Assembly: GCA_001785985.1 (NCBI GenBank)
Contig: MFVE01000002.1
Coordinates: 28,600 to 92,599, forward strand
Origin: Candidatus Nomurabacteria bacterium RIFCSPLOWO2_01_FULL_42_17
GTDB taxonomy: Bacteria > Patescibacteriota > Minisyncoccia > Phycocordibacterales > UBA9973
Length of the DNA: 64,000 bases
Direction of reading: 5' to 3'
Shown here: positions 19,307-28,001 of the stretch, in pieces
How positions within the stretch are numbered: the first letter of the stretch is position 1
Layout of the letters: the number at the start of each line of letters is the position of its first letter
The notes under the pieces: model-generated
Seen by the model: the letters and a program-made list of their open reading frames with translations, nothing else
Database searches by the model: none
Told to the model about the DNA's origin: nothing
Made by a program: the position numbers and the translations under genes

Positions 19307-19379
19307 GGGCCGTTAGCTCATCTGGTAGAGCACCTCATTTGCAATGAGGGGGTGGCAGGTTCGAGTCCTGTACGGTCCA
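19307..19379 (+). tRNA. tRNA-Ala (anticodon TGC)
   Basis: Manual fold: a G3:U70 pair in the acceptor stem, anticodon loop uuUGCaa, and a GGTTCGAGTCC T arm. Confidence 0.85.
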
Positions 19380-19408
19380 CAAAAATTTGCCTTTGGTGAA
19401 TTTTTTAT

Positions 19409-20428
19409 ATGAAAAAAAATCTAGAAACCTTAGAATTCATTTTGAAGAATTATAAAAATTTCAACGCTCGAGCCACCCGCGACGCGCTTTTGGCTTATTG
19501 GCGGCACTTAGAGAAAGGTGGGAAAATGTTCTGGGCGATGGCGGGAGCGATGTCTTCCGCCCAGCTCGGCATCACGCTGGCGCCCGCTATTCGAGAGGGC
19601 CTCATCCACGGCCTGTCCGTCACCGGCGCCAACCTGGAAGAATCGCTTTTTCGCCTAGTCGCGCACGATAGCTATAAAGATTTTCCAGATTATCGCTATT
19701 TTACCAAGGAGGATGACACAAAGATTCTAAAAAATAGAATGCGCCGAGTTACAGACACTAGCATTCCGGAAGATGAAGCATTCCGCGCGGTGGAAAGTCT
19801 AATTTTACCAGTTTGGGAAAAAGCAACCAAAGAAAAAACACGAAAATTCTGGCACGAATATTTTTATGATCTAATCCAAGCCATTGATAAAAAGAAACAT
19901 GAAGGGAAGGCCGAAGAATGCTGGCTCTTGGCGGCCGCTCTAAAAAACCTCCCGATAGTGGTGCCCGGCTATGAAGATTCTACTTTCGGAAATATTTTTG
20001 CTTCGCATGTAAAGCTGGGCGACGCGAGCGCGAACATCGCCAAAAGCGGCATCGAATATATGGGAGCATTTTACGACCAATATCAAAAGCTCTCGGAGGG
20101 CAAAGGTATCGGATTCTTCCAGATCGGCGGAGGCATCGCCGGAGACTTCCCTATCTGCGTCGTGCCATCCTTGAAATATGACATGGAGGTTTCCGCCAAA
20201 CCCTGGGCATATTTTTGCCAGATCTCAGACTCTACCACCTCGTATGGCTCGTATTCCGGCGCCACCCCGAACGAAAAAATAACCTGGGACAAATTGACCA
20301 AAGACACCCCCATGTTCGTCATCGAGTCAGACGCCACCATCGTCGCTCCGCTCATCTTGACTGCCCTCTTGGAATGCAAAGCAAACCCGAAAGAAGCAAA
20401 TAAATTGATAGAGAAATATACAGCTTAA
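19409..20428 (+). CDS. Deoxyhypusine synthase-like protein (DS family; homospermidine/deoxyhypusine synthase homolog)
   Basis: The segment AMSSAQLGITLAPAIREGLIHGLSVTGANLEESLF aligns with the DHS core (SGLRE...VTTAGGIEEDLIK). The gene is GC-rich relative to its surroundings. Confidence 0.65.
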   Translation: MKKNLETLEFILKNYKNFNARATRDALLAYWRHLEKGGKMFWAMAGAMSSAQLGITLAPAIREGLIHGLSVTGANLEESLFRLVAHDSYKDFPDYRYFTKEDDTKILKNRMRRVTDTSIPEDEAFRAVESLILPVWEKATKEKTRKFWHEYFYDLIQAIDKKKHEGKAEECWLLAAALKNLPIVVPGYEDSTFGNIFASHVKLGDASANIAKSGIEYMGAFYDQYQKLSEGKGIGFFQIGGGIAGDFPICVVPSLKYDMEVSAKPWAYFCQISDSTTSYGSYSGATPNEKITWDKLTKDTPMFVIESDATIVAPLILTALLECKANPKEANKLIEKYTA

Positions 20429-20429
20429 C

Positions 20430-21329
20430 GTGTTCAAAATGAAATCCATAAATATCGCGCTGGTGCAAACAAAAGTTTCAGAGAATATCGAAGAAAACGT
20501 CAAAAAAACTGCGAAATTGATCGAACAGGCAGCTAAAGCGGGCGCGAAAATAGTCGCCCTGCAAGAACTTTTCCAGACGCCGTATTTTCCGCAGTGGAAG
20601 AATAAAAATAAGGATGATTATGCGGAAAAAGTCACCGGACCCACCGTCACTGCGATGAAGAAAATCGCCCGAAAGTTGAAAATTACTCTGATCGTACCAT
20701 TTTATGAAAAAATTTCCGCCCAAGGCGGACCAGCCTCTGGCTGGAAAGATAAATATTTCAACACTGCCGTTGTGATTGATAAAAATGGAAAACTGCTGGG
20801 CCGATATCACAAAATTCATATTCCCCAGGACCCGAGTTTTTATGAAAAAGAATATTTCAGAGAGGGCGAGTTGGGATACAAGATATTTTCAGTTGACGGA
20901 ATCAAATTCGCCGTACTGATCTGCTACGACCAGTGGTTCCCCGAGGCCGCCCGCCTGGCCAAGCTCTCCGGAGCGGAAATAATTTTTTATCCGACCGCGA
21001 TCGGCAATATCATCGGAGATGATGCGCCGGAGGGCGATTGGCATGACGCCTGGGAGACAGTCCAACGCGGACATGCGATCGCAAACAGCGTCTATGTGGC
21101 CGCGATCAATCGAGTCGGCAGAGAAGGACAGACGCGATTTTTCGGCCAGTCTTTTATTTCCGATCCATTCGGCAAGATTATCAAACGAGCGAGCCCGAGC
21201 AAAGAGGCAGTCCTTGTGGCCAAGCTGGATTTGGGGAAAAATAAATTTATAGAAAAAGGCTGGGGCTTTATGCGAAATCGTCGGCCGGACACCTACAAGC
21301 CCTTAGCCATAAAAACTTTGAAAAAATAA
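20430..21329 (+). CDS. aguB: N-carbamoylputrescine amidase (CN-hydrolase family)
   Basis: The carbon-nitrogen hydrolase fold, with the ALQELF, ICYDQWFPE and catalytic Cys context, is adjacent to aguA. Confidence 0.8.
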   Translation: MFKMKSINIALVQTKVSENIEENVKKTAKLIEQAAKAGAKIVALQELFQTPYFPQWKNKNKDDYAEKVTGPTVTAMKKIARKLKITLIVPFYEKISAQGGPASGWKDKYFNTAVVIDKNGKLLGRYHKIHIPQDPSFYEKEYFREGELGYKIFSVDGIKFAVLICYDQWFPEAARLAKLSGAEIIFYPTAIGNIIGDDAPEGDWHDAWETVQRGHAIANSVYVAAINRVGREGQTRFFGQSFISDPFGKIIKRASPSKEAVLVAKLDLGKNKFIEKGWGFMRNRRPDTYKPLAIKTLKK

Positions 21330-22373
21330 ATGCGAGAGACGCCGACACAACTTGGTTTTTTGATGCCCGCTGAATGGGAAGCGCACGAAGCGGTCTGGCT
21401 CGCTTGGCCTCACGACCAGACCACTTTCCCTAATCGATTGTCCAAGGTAGAAAAAGTTTATTGCCAGATAATAAAAACCCTCGGAGATCAGACAGGTAGT
21501 GAGCGAGTTCACTTACTGGTGCTTCCCACTATAAAGAGTAAAGTGGAAGAAATTTTAAAAAGAAGCGGAGTTGATTTGAAACAAATCACATTTTATCCGA
21601 CTGATTATGCCGATGTCTGGACTAGAGACTACGGACCTATATTTTTGATCAATCGGAAAGAAAGCACCCTAGGCTGGGTCAAAGCGCGACACAATGCTTA
21701 TGGCAAAAAAGAAAACGCATTTTATGCTCCCCTACTCAAAGACGACGAAGTCTTTAATCGAATCAAGACAGAGGGGCAAAAATTTAATCTAGATATTGTG
21801 TTAGAGGGCGGTTCGATTGAGGTGAATGGAGCAGGCGTTCTCGTAACGACTGAACAATGTTTATTAAATCCAAATCGCAATCCGCATCTCGATCGCGGCG
21901 AGATTGAAAATCATTTAAAAAATTATTTCGGATTAAATAAGATCAGTAGGATCGTCTGGCTGAAACGGGGGCTCACCAATGACCATACAGACGGCCACAT
22001 CGATGATCTGGTGAAATTTGTTTCCCCCAATAAAATCCTTTGCTGTTATGAAGACGAGGAGGAGGATGAAAATTATGAAATTTTAAAAACTAATTTTGAG
22101 ATTTTAGTAAAAGAATCTTTCGAAGTGATCAAATTGCCCATGCCGCATATGAACTATGATGACAACACCAAAGCGCCGGCATCTTACGCAAATTTCTATA
22201 TTGGCAACAAAGTCGTTTTGGTTCCCACTTACAATGACCCAAACGACGAAAAGGCTCTAAAAATAATTGAAGATTGTTTCCCAGATCGCAAAGTAGTCGG
22301 CATAGATTGCCGCGACCTGATCTATGGCGGCGGAGCAATCCACTGCATCACTCAGCAACAACCTGCGGTTTAA
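21330..22373 (+). CDS. aguA: Agmatine deiminase
   Basis: MPAEWEAHEAVWLAWPH, VWTRDYGP and the C-terminal GGGAIHCITQQ motif are present. Confidence 0.85.
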   Translation: MRETPTQLGFLMPAEWEAHEAVWLAWPHDQTTFPNRLSKVEKVYCQIIKTLGDQTGSERVHLLVLPTIKSKVEEILKRSGVDLKQITFYPTDYADVWTRDYGPIFLINRKESTLGWVKARHNAYGKKENAFYAPLLKDDEVFNRIKTEGQKFNLDIVLEGGSIEVNGAGVLVTTEQCLLNPNRNPHLDRGEIENHLKNYFGLNKISRIVWLKRGLTNDHTDGHIDDLVKFVSPNKILCCYEDEEEDENYEILKTNFEILVKESFEVIKLPMPHMNYDDNTKAPASYANFYIGNKVVLVPTYNDPNDEKALKIIEDCFPDRKVVGIDCRDLIYGGGAIHCITQQQPAV

Positions 22374-22496
22374 AGTGTAAGCAAAAGTGTTCTCTAAAAT
22401 ATCGTACGGAGGCTGACGAGCCGTAGTCTTAGCAAATTTCAAGCCTAAAAATTATGCGGGTATTTTAGAGAATACTTTTGCTGGAACTCATGAAAA

Positions 22497-22524
22497 CAAA
22501 ACCCCGTCTTGCGACGGGGTTTTG
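22497..22524. terminator. Bidirectional rho-independent terminator between convergent genes
   Basis: The sequence is aaaaccccgtc-ttgc-gacggggtttt, a GC-rich stem flanked by A and T runs. Confidence 0.75.
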
Positions 22525-22611
22525 CGGCACTTATGTTGTTTACGATAAATGTAAGAATTGCCTTACACTCACTCCTCTAGCATAGCATACTTGCCCAAAG
22601 AACGCAAGTTT

Positions 22612-23469
22612 TTACCACCTAATATTTATAACGTTGTTGTTATTGTTATTATTGTTGTTGTTATTAACATTCGCCGGAGGAGCAATAACTGCTGGAGGAG
22701 GAAGCGCGTAGCGACAAGGCAAGCTGCCACGATAATTTATCGCGCCCGGATCTTGGCAAAGTTCGGCATGGTATAGACAAGGAAGCGTCCCGCCATAATT
22801 TCTTGCGAATGGATCTCTGCAAAAATTATTTTGAGGAAAATATACACAAGGCAAAGTTCCCCCGTAATTTATTGCAGTTGTATCCAGACAAAGATGAGGA
22901 GCAGCAGTCCCGGGAGCAGTGCGGAAACTTTTTATCTTTCCGGACTTATCAAACAAAATATTTTCAGCTTTCACTCGATAATAATAGACAGTATTTGGAG
23001 TGAGTCCCTCTAAAGTGACGTCGATAGTTACCGGCAGTGGCGCCGCCACCTTACTCGTGGAATTCCCTAAACTGCGAGTAGTCCCCCATTGAAACCATGC
23101 GCGAGTATCCGGAGCTCCATGCGGATTGACATATCCATTCAAGCGGGCAGAAGTCGCAGTGATGCCGCTCGCGTTTTGTGTTTTCACAACTGGAACTAAA
23201 ATAGGCGAAGTCACTAGATCGAGCGGATTAGGCAATGTTGGGATACCAAAATCTCCTCCTAACCCCGGCAATCCAGGCAGACTAGGAATCGGCGGAAGTG
23301 GCAGTTTACCTTTACTTAGCTTCTTGATATGTTCTTTTGGGTTTAAAAAGTCCACAACGTCGTCAAAAAAGCCCGCCTCTGCCTTCGTGCCTGCATAGAT
23401 ACTCCCCGAGAGGACGATGATGGCCAACACCCCCAAACCCTTTAAAAATAATGTTTTTGAGCTTTTCAT
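22612..23469 (-). CDS. Secreted protein with an FN3-like segment, three 17-aa Cys-containing repeats and a C-terminal poly-Asn tail
   Basis: It has a signal peptide and a VYYYRVKAENI FN3-like strand. Three repeats follow: CLDTTAINYGGTLPCVY, CRDPFARNYGGTLPCLY and CQDPGAINYRGSLPCRY. The N12 tail is encoded by an (AAY)n microsatellite. Confidence 0.5.
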   Translation of the reverse strand: MKSSKTLFLKGLGVLAIIVLSGSIYAGTKAEAGFFDDVVDFLNPKEHIKKLSKGKLPLPPIPSLPGLPGLGGDFGIPTLPNPLDLVTSPILVPVVKTQNASGITATSARLNGYVNPHGAPDTRAWFQWGTTRSLGNSTSKVAAPLPVTIDVTLEGLTPNTVYYYRVKAENILFDKSGKIKSFRTAPGTAAPHLCLDTTAINYGGTLPCVYFPQNNFCRDPFARNYGGTLPCLYHAELCQDPGAINYRGSLPCRYALPPPAVIAPPANVNNNNNNNNNNNVINIRW

Positions 23470-23588
23470 AATCTGTTTCAGACAAAAATTATAATCTATA
23501 TTTCAAGTTCTATCATATAATGGTTTAGATGTCAATAGTTAGATGCAATAGAAAAATCCTCTCTTACGAGAGGATTTTTCATGTTCTT

Positions 23589-23891
23589 GGTCTTGTGCCT
23601 ATAAGCCGAATTCTGTGTCCGTAAGGCAAGGCCTTGCGGAGATAGCAATTTGTCTAGGTCCAGCATTACTGCGAGACTCAAGCGATTCTCTCTGACCGAA
23701 GTCAGAGCGCGATCTTGCACGCGCGTAAGGATTTTGCCGTTTCACCCGAACTTAATCGGTTCGTCACTGTTCGCACCTCAACCCTTGCGGGCGGCGGGCG
23801 TTACCCGCTACGTTTAATTCTTTACAGAACTACGTGTTCGGACTTTCCTCTCCGACTTTGTATATCGGAGTAGCTATCCAGCGCAGGACCA
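23589..23891 (-). ncRNA. rnpB: RNase P RNA (bacterial type, reduced in length)
   Basis: On the minus strand the conserved GAGGAAAGTCCG (P4) and GGGTGAAACGG boxes are present. The 3' region ACAGAATTCGGCTTATAGGCACAAGACC resembles the E. coli M1 3' end. A terminator hairpin at 23551-23580 follows. Confidence 0.7.
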
Positions 23892-23913
23892 AATCCAATC
23901 ATACCATAAATTA

Positions 23914-24366
23914 TTAATATGTAAACTGCACCCTATCCCCTACCTTTAAATTAAATTTATCGGAAAAACCAGAGACGACTTCTAAAACATATTTAACCTG
24001 CTCATCAGGGCCGAAGATACCAGGATACGACTGGGGCCTAGCGTCTTTTTTTAGGTAAACTATCTTCCCCTCTTCACTAATCCAGATGATGTCTATCGGG
24101 AAATTCATATCTTTCATCCAAAAAGGATAATTACCGGGTTGTGGAAATACAAAGAGCATGCCTTCATCTTCTTTTAGTCCACTCCTGCCCGAAAGGCCAA
24201 GCTCTCTTTCTGCATTGGTTATCGCGAGTTCAACTTTGATACTCTGCCCTGCAATTTCGACTGACTTGATTGCGGAGGAGTTTCCTCCGTATGGAAAATG
24301 GTTAATGAGAAAAAATCCTAGTAAAAATAAAGTAGTAACTAAAACAAAACTGCCTTTTTTATTCAT
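23914..24366 (-). CDS. DUF192-domain protein (COG1430)
   Basis: The segment LGLSGRSGLKEDEGMLFVFPQPGNYPFWMKDMNFPIDIIWISEEGKIV matches the DUF192 core. The start was taken at MNKK, directly after the stop of the upstream gene. Confidence 0.6.
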   Translation of the reverse strand: MNKKGSFVLVTTLFLLGFFLINHFPYGGNSSAIKSVEIAGQSIKVELAITNAERELGLSGRSGLKEDEGMLFVFPQPGNYPFWMKDMNFPIDIIWISEEGKIVYLKKDARPQSYPGIFGPDEQVKYVLEVVSGFSDKFNLKVGDRVQFTY

Positions 24367-24367
24367 G

Positions 24368-25810
24368 TTAATGAATCCCATTCGTCCAGCCGAACATTTT
24401 CCCGATAGAATCAGCCGTCTCGCGCTTGCGAGCAATTTTGATCATTCCGTCGGAAGCCACTATCTTCATCGGCGAGGAAAGAAGGCAATGATGGGAAGAA
24501 AGTCCGTCTTGATACGCCCCAGTATCCAAAACCGCCACAAACTGCTCCTGATTTGCGTGAAGTTTAGGCAAAAGAATATAATTGCCCCCGGCCGTATATT
24601 TATCATCCGAATCGCAAGTACTGCCCGCGAGCCAAGTGGTCTTCAAAACGCCGTGCATATTGTTCGCCGGAATCACATGCCACTTTTGATGGATCGCCCA
24701 CGTATCTTTGAGGTCGTTCATAAAACTCCCGTCCACAACATACCAAGATTTAGCGTTTGCCTTCGGTATGATTTTTTCCGAAAGCACTTTGTAGATTGTG
24801 ATCTCCGCCGGAGCGACGATGTATTGCCCCCATTCCACCACCAGATTCGGGTGCCGAATCCCCGCCTTGTCCGATAAATTTTTAAGTATTTTGATGATCT
24901 TACTGGAGACCCCTTTGGCGGTATAAAATTTCTTTTTTTCATAGGGAATGCCGAATCCGCCACCGATGTCGAGCGTGTCTAGGTTTGGATGTGTCTTTTG
25001 CAACTGCGCATAGAGTCCAAAGGCCCGTTTGACTCCTTCGAAAATGCTTTTCTGAGTCTTGATCTGCGAACCCATGTGGTAATGCAGAATTTTCAGATTT
25101 TTCATTTTGCCTAAATCCAGAATATCTTTTTCCGAAAGCCCGAAACGGTCGAATTTTTTATCCCAATGCGTGTCTGCTTTGATATTCAGATCCACGCGCA
25201 AGCCGATGTCACCGCGGTATTTCAAAAGCCTCTCGATCTCTTCCGGACCCTCGATGATCGGGACGATATTCATACCTTTCCCGCGAAGCTCTTCGATCAG
25301 GTCGAGATAGCTTTCGGTCTTTGGGCCATTGCACAGCACGCGGATCTTGCTGTTGAATTTCTCCCCTTCCCAAAGTTTTTTCACCAGCCAGAGTTCGTTG
25401 GCAGAAGTCACCTCCAAGTTCGCCCCTTCAGACAAAAGCGGCAAAATAAATTCTTTATTCTGATTGACCTTCATCGGATAATGATAAAAGAACTTGCCTT
25501 TATAGCCGTAAATTTTCATATAAGCTTGAAAATAGCCGATCAGATCTTTCAGCCGATCTTCTAAAATGAAAGGAAAGATCACTTGCAAAGGCGTCCCGTA
25601 TTTACTCGCGATGTCGTGGAGATTATAGATATGGTGGCCTTCGGTCACTGTCAACTCGCCGTCCTTGCTCACGTTGAAAAACTGCGTATTCCATTCATCC
25701 ACTCCTAGCTTCCAAAATTTTCTCCAATTCTTTCCCGGTTTTTTTATTTTTTTCTTAGCCATCAAATTAGAAATCAAGTATATCAAGCGCCTAAAAAATG
25801 TAAAGAGCAT
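24368..25810 (-). CDS. Type III PLP-dependent decarboxylase (Orn/Arg/DAP decarboxylase fold; candidate arginine decarboxylase)
   Basis: It has the GGGFGIPY motif, a TIM-barrel plus beta-sandwich layout and is 480 aa. Proximity to aguA and aguB suggests agmatine production. Confidence 0.75.
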   Translation of the reverse strand: MLFTFFRRLIYLISNLMAKKKIKKPGKNWRKFWKLGVDEWNTQFFNVSKDGELTVTEGHHIYNLHDIASKYGTPLQVIFPFILEDRLKDLIGYFQAYMKIYGYKGKFFYHYPMKVNQNKEFILPLLSEGANLEVTSANELWLVKKLWEGEKFNSKIRVLCNGPKTESYLDLIEELRGKGMNIVPIIEGPEEIERLLKYRGDIGLRVDLNIKADTHWDKKFDRFGLSEKDILDLGKMKNLKILHYHMGSQIKTQKSIFEGVKRAFGLYAQLQKTHPNLDTLDIGGGFGIPYEKKKFYTAKGVSSKIIKILKNLSDKAGIRHPNLVVEWGQYIVAPAEITIYKVLSEKIIPKANAKSWYVVDGSFMNDLKDTWAIHQKWHVIPANNMHGVLKTTWLAGSTCDSDDKYTAGGNYILLPKLHANQEQFVAVLDTGAYQDGLSSHHCLLSSPMKIVASDGMIKIARKRETADSIGKMFGWTNGIH

Positions 25811-25873
25811 TTTTGCTGGAACTATAGCCTAAGAGGGTTTGCATTCTTGTCCTTAATATGCAATAATCGTGGA

Positions 25874-26116
25874 ATGAATTTAGTAGCATCAATACTGCCT
25901 TATGCCCAGATCATCCTTTCGGTTGTGCTGGTAGCGGCAATTTTATTTCAACAGTCTAGCGCCGGAGTAGGCGGAGCCTTGGGCGGAGGTGAAGGCGGAA
26001 GTTTCCACCACACTCGCCGAGGCTTTGAAAAGTTTCTTTTTTATTTGTCCATCGTTTGCGGAACTCTTTTTGCTTTATTTGCATTGTTAAGTATAATAAT
26101 TAAAGCTCACAGCTAA
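25874..26116 (+). CDS. secG: Preprotein translocase subunit SecG
   Basis: Two TM helices flank a Gly-rich loop (LFQQSSAGVGGALGGGEGGSF). The start was set at MNLVAS. Confidence 0.65.
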   Translation: MNLVASILPYAQIILSVVLVAAILFQQSSAGVGGALGGGEGGSFHHTRRGFEKFLFYLSIVCGTLFALFALLSIIIKAHS

Positions 26117-26118
26117 CT

Positions 26119-26217
26119 AGCAAGAGCAATTTTATAAAGTTTTTTCGGGTCCTCGGTTCCCCGGGGCCCCCCACCCCGGCCAGACCAGCTCAAAAACTTT
26201 ACAAAATTGCTCTTGCT
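26119..26217. repeat. Long inverted repeat forming a hairpin (26-bp stem, 47-nt GC-rich loop)
   Basis: The arms are agcaagagcaattttataaagttttt and aaaaactttacaaaattgctcttgct. The loop contains ccccggggcccc. Confidence 0.7.
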
Positions 26218-26236
26218 TATTAAGATTTTAATCTGT

Positions 26237-27991
26237 ATGCGTAAGTTTAAATTGCCTTCAAAAAAAGAAATAAATTTTGTCTTTTCCTCTTTCTCTAAAA
26301 AAGAGCGAGCTCTTTTTATTGGATTCACCGTGGTCTTGCTCCTGAGCACACTCCTCATCTTGGAATCGATCAATAAATCTTTCCTAGTGGAGGTGCCGAT
26401 GAAAGGAGGCTCGGTAGATATCGGCATCGTCGGAGTGCCACGTTTTATCAATCCAGTGCTAGCGAGTGCAGAGGCGGACTTGGATTTGGTCTCGCTCATT
26501 TATTCCGGTTTGATGAGAAAAAATGGAAACGAGCTCATCCCGGATTTGGCGTCAAAATATGAAAGATCAGAAAATGGACTCATCTATACTTTTACTCTGA
26601 AAGACAATTTGTATTTTCAAAATGGCAAACCCGTCACTGTCGACGACGTGCTATTTACTATAAACAAAGTCAAGGACGGAGTCATCGAAAGTCCGCGCAA
26701 AGTGAATTGGGACGGCGTCAGTGTCGAGAAAATAGATGAAAGAACTGTCAAATTTACTTTAAAACAGCCCTATGCGTCATTCCTAGAAAATACGACCCTC
26801 GGCATCATGCCGTCGCACCTATGGGACAATGCTCCCCTAGAGCTCAACAATGCAAACACAAAACCAGTGGGTTCCGGACCATATATGGTGAGCTCGATAG
26901 GCAAAAGATCATCCGGCATCATAGATTATTATGAATTGATACCCTTCAAAAAGTTCGTACTAGGCGCCCCCTATATCAAAAATATAACTTTGCATTTTTA
27001 TCAAAATGAAGAAGGCCTGGTCAAAGCCCTCGTGAGCAAAGAGGTAGAAGAGATAAGCTCAATCACACCTATCAACGCGGAGAATTTAAAAGAAAAAAAT
27101 TATCGGGTGGAGTCCTCAGTCCTGCCTAGAATCTTCGGACTTTTTTTCAATCAAAATCAAAACCAACTTTTTATTGATAAGACTATCATCCGCGCGATCG
27201 ATCAAGCGATCGACAAGGATAGGATCGTCAGAGATGTGCTCCTTGGATATGGGACCGTCATTGATAGCCCGATACCGCCCAACCTGACTGAATATCACAC
27301 ATCAAAGAGCGGAACCAGCATTACTCGGACAGAAATACTGCAAAAGGTCAAGGATGATTTGGCAAAAGCCGGTTGGAAAGCTGGTGCAGATGGATTTTTA
27401 GAAAAAACTACAACTGAGAAAAAAAAGAAGACAACTAAAAAACTAGAATTTTCTATCTCGACGGGCAATGTCCCCGAGCTCGCCAAAACAGCCGAGCTGA
27501 TAAAACAAGATTTGGCTGCTGTCGGCATAAAAGTCGAGATAAAAACTTTTGAAACCGGCAATTTAAATCAAAATGTAATCCGACCGCGCAAGTACGATGC
27601 CCTATTGTTCGGAGAAATTGTAAATCACGAATCTGATCTCTTTGCTTTCTGGCATTCCTCGCAGAGAAACGATCCGGGGTTCAACATCGCCATGTACACC
27701 AGCGCCAAAGTGGATAAAATATTGGAAGACGCCTCAACCACGGTCGATGAAACCTCTAGAATAAAAAAATACGTCCAATTCAACGAAGAGATCAAGAAAG
27801 ACATGCCAGCAATCTTTTTATACAGTCCGGATTTTATATATGTAGTGTCGAAAAATCGCAGTGGACCAAGTGGATCAAGTGGACTCAGAGCAGAAAATAT
27901 CATAACGCCTTCAGACCTTTATCTCGACATATACTTGTGGTACATAGAAACAGAAGAAGTTTGGAAAATATTCGCCCCGACGCCAAAATAA
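26237..27991 (+). CDS. ABC transporter substrate-binding protein, family 5 (peptide/nickel)
   Basis: It has an N-terminal anchor helix and Opp/Dpp-type SBP architecture. The start was set at MRKFKL, past the hairpin. Confidence 0.8.
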   Translation: MRKFKLPSKKEINFVFSSFSKKERALFIGFTVVLLLSTLLILESINKSFLVEVPMKGGSVDIGIVGVPRFINPVLASAEADLDLVSLIYSGLMRKNGNELIPDLASKYERSENGLIYTFTLKDNLYFQNGKPVTVDDVLFTINKVKDGVIESPRKVNWDGVSVEKIDERTVKFTLKQPYASFLENTTLGIMPSHLWDNAPLELNNANTKPVGSGPYMVSSIGKRSSGIIDYYELIPFKKFVLGAPYIKNITLHFYQNEEGLVKALVSKEVEEISSITPINAENLKEKNYRVESSVLPRIFGLFFNQNQNQLFIDKTIIRAIDQAIDKDRIVRDVLLGYGTVIDSPIPPNLTEYHTSKSGTSITRTEILQKVKDDLAKAGWKAGADGFLEKTTTEKKKKTTKKLEFSISTGNVPELAKTAELIKQDLAAVGIKVEIKTFETGNLNQNVIRPRKYDALLFGEIVNHESDLFAFWHSSQRNDPGFNIAMYTSAKVDKILEDASTTVDETSRIKKYVQFNEEIKKDMPAIFLYSPDFIYVVSKNRSGPSGSSGLRAENIITPSDLYLDIYLWYIETEEVWKIFAPTPK

Positions 27992-28001
27992 CAAAATTAA
28001 A

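Noticed and set aside
22405-22435. A hammerhead-ribozyme-like CUGACGA box in the loop of the long hairpin
   Set aside because: No adjacent stem II hairpin, GAAA or stem III arrangement is present. The match is limited to 7 nt.
24158-24877. A 239-aa plus-strand ORF, plus other antisense ORFs inside dnaE, GH130, rnj and pyrG
   Set aside because: These are shadow ORFs within confidently identified genes. They show no domain signatures, and their composition is typical of antisense frames.
22476-25823. The shared 12-mer TTTGCTGGAACT (22476 and 25812) as a sigma-54-like promoter
   Set aside because: It does not fit the TGGCAC-N5-TTGC spacing. There are only two copies, one of them inside a hairpin arm. 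It is kept only as a note under the hairpin finding.
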